DNA of 48,293 bases, taken from positions 1 to 48,293 of the forward strand of contig JBNGDF010000018.1 of assembly GCA_049975265.1 (NCBI GenBank). The letters are read 5' to 3'. Origin of the DNA: Fidelibacterota bacterium (GTDB taxonomy: Bacteria; Fidelibacterota; UBA2242). Below the pieces are notes generated by a model. That model did no database searches. It was not told the origin of the DNA and worked only from the letters and a program-made list of their open reading frames with translations. A program made the translations under genes and the position numbers. Positions 48,173 through 48,293 of the stretch are shown in pieces (positions within the stretch are counted from its first letter, which is position 1; each line of letters opens with the position of its first letter).

Positions 48173-48293
48173 ATTATTAATTATTTATTTAGCATTATCT
48201 ATTGTAGTATTTGCCAGTACAGATTACCTAATTGTGTACCATAGTTCTTTTAATAATCAGAATGGCTGGCAATCAGACTTGAAAACACTTCTT
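48156..48293 (+). CDS. 5' fragment of a secreted protein running off the window
   Basis: Not in the ORF track; AGAGG RBS then MKKTIKLLIIYLALSIVVFASTDYLIVYHSSFNNQNGWQSDLKTLL, open to the edge and overlapping the previous stop. Confidence 0.7.
   Translation, partial: MKKTIKLLIIYLALSIVVFASTDYLIVYHSSFNNQNGWQSDLKTLL

Overview
Gene-dense bacterial chromosomal window, with nearly all genes on the + strand. Gene content (FlgD-Ig/T9SS-type C-terminal sorting domains, PorV- and PorZ-like genes, TonB-dependent receptors without SusD, sigma70-like promoters) suggests a non-Bacteroidota FCB lineage such as Marinimicrobia/KSB1/Calditrichota/Ignavibacteria; this is inference. Left to right: (1) an edge-truncated GHL10 glycosidase on the - strand, missed by the ORF track, then housekeeping genes (EEP hydrolase, ALDH7, rsmI, DUF362 Fe-S protein). 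(2) A ~19 kb starch/alpha-glucan utilisation locus with a non-Sus architecture: GH13, PPIase lipoprotein, TBDR, 1219-aa acidic-repeat protein with an atypical CTD, PorV-like barrel, six-module carbohydrate-binding CTD protein, Na+:solute symporter, TrmB regulator and a secreted GH13. (3) hemW, cupin and lepB. (4) A putative phosphate-starvation module (PhoBR-like pair, TBDR, beta-helix-like CTD protein, second PhoB-like regulator) with three sets of 11-bp-periodic Pho-box-like repeats. (5) An FMN riboswitch and the ribD-ribE-ribBA-ribH operon running into a porZ-like gene. (6) A 1210-aa propeller/C39-like peptidase CTD protein. (7) A structured non-coding leader with a short ORF ahead of an AT-rich block of secreted proteins, including a metzincin. 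No tRNA, rRNA, CRISPR array or transposase was recognised. All family calls come from motif recognition by eye, not database searches.
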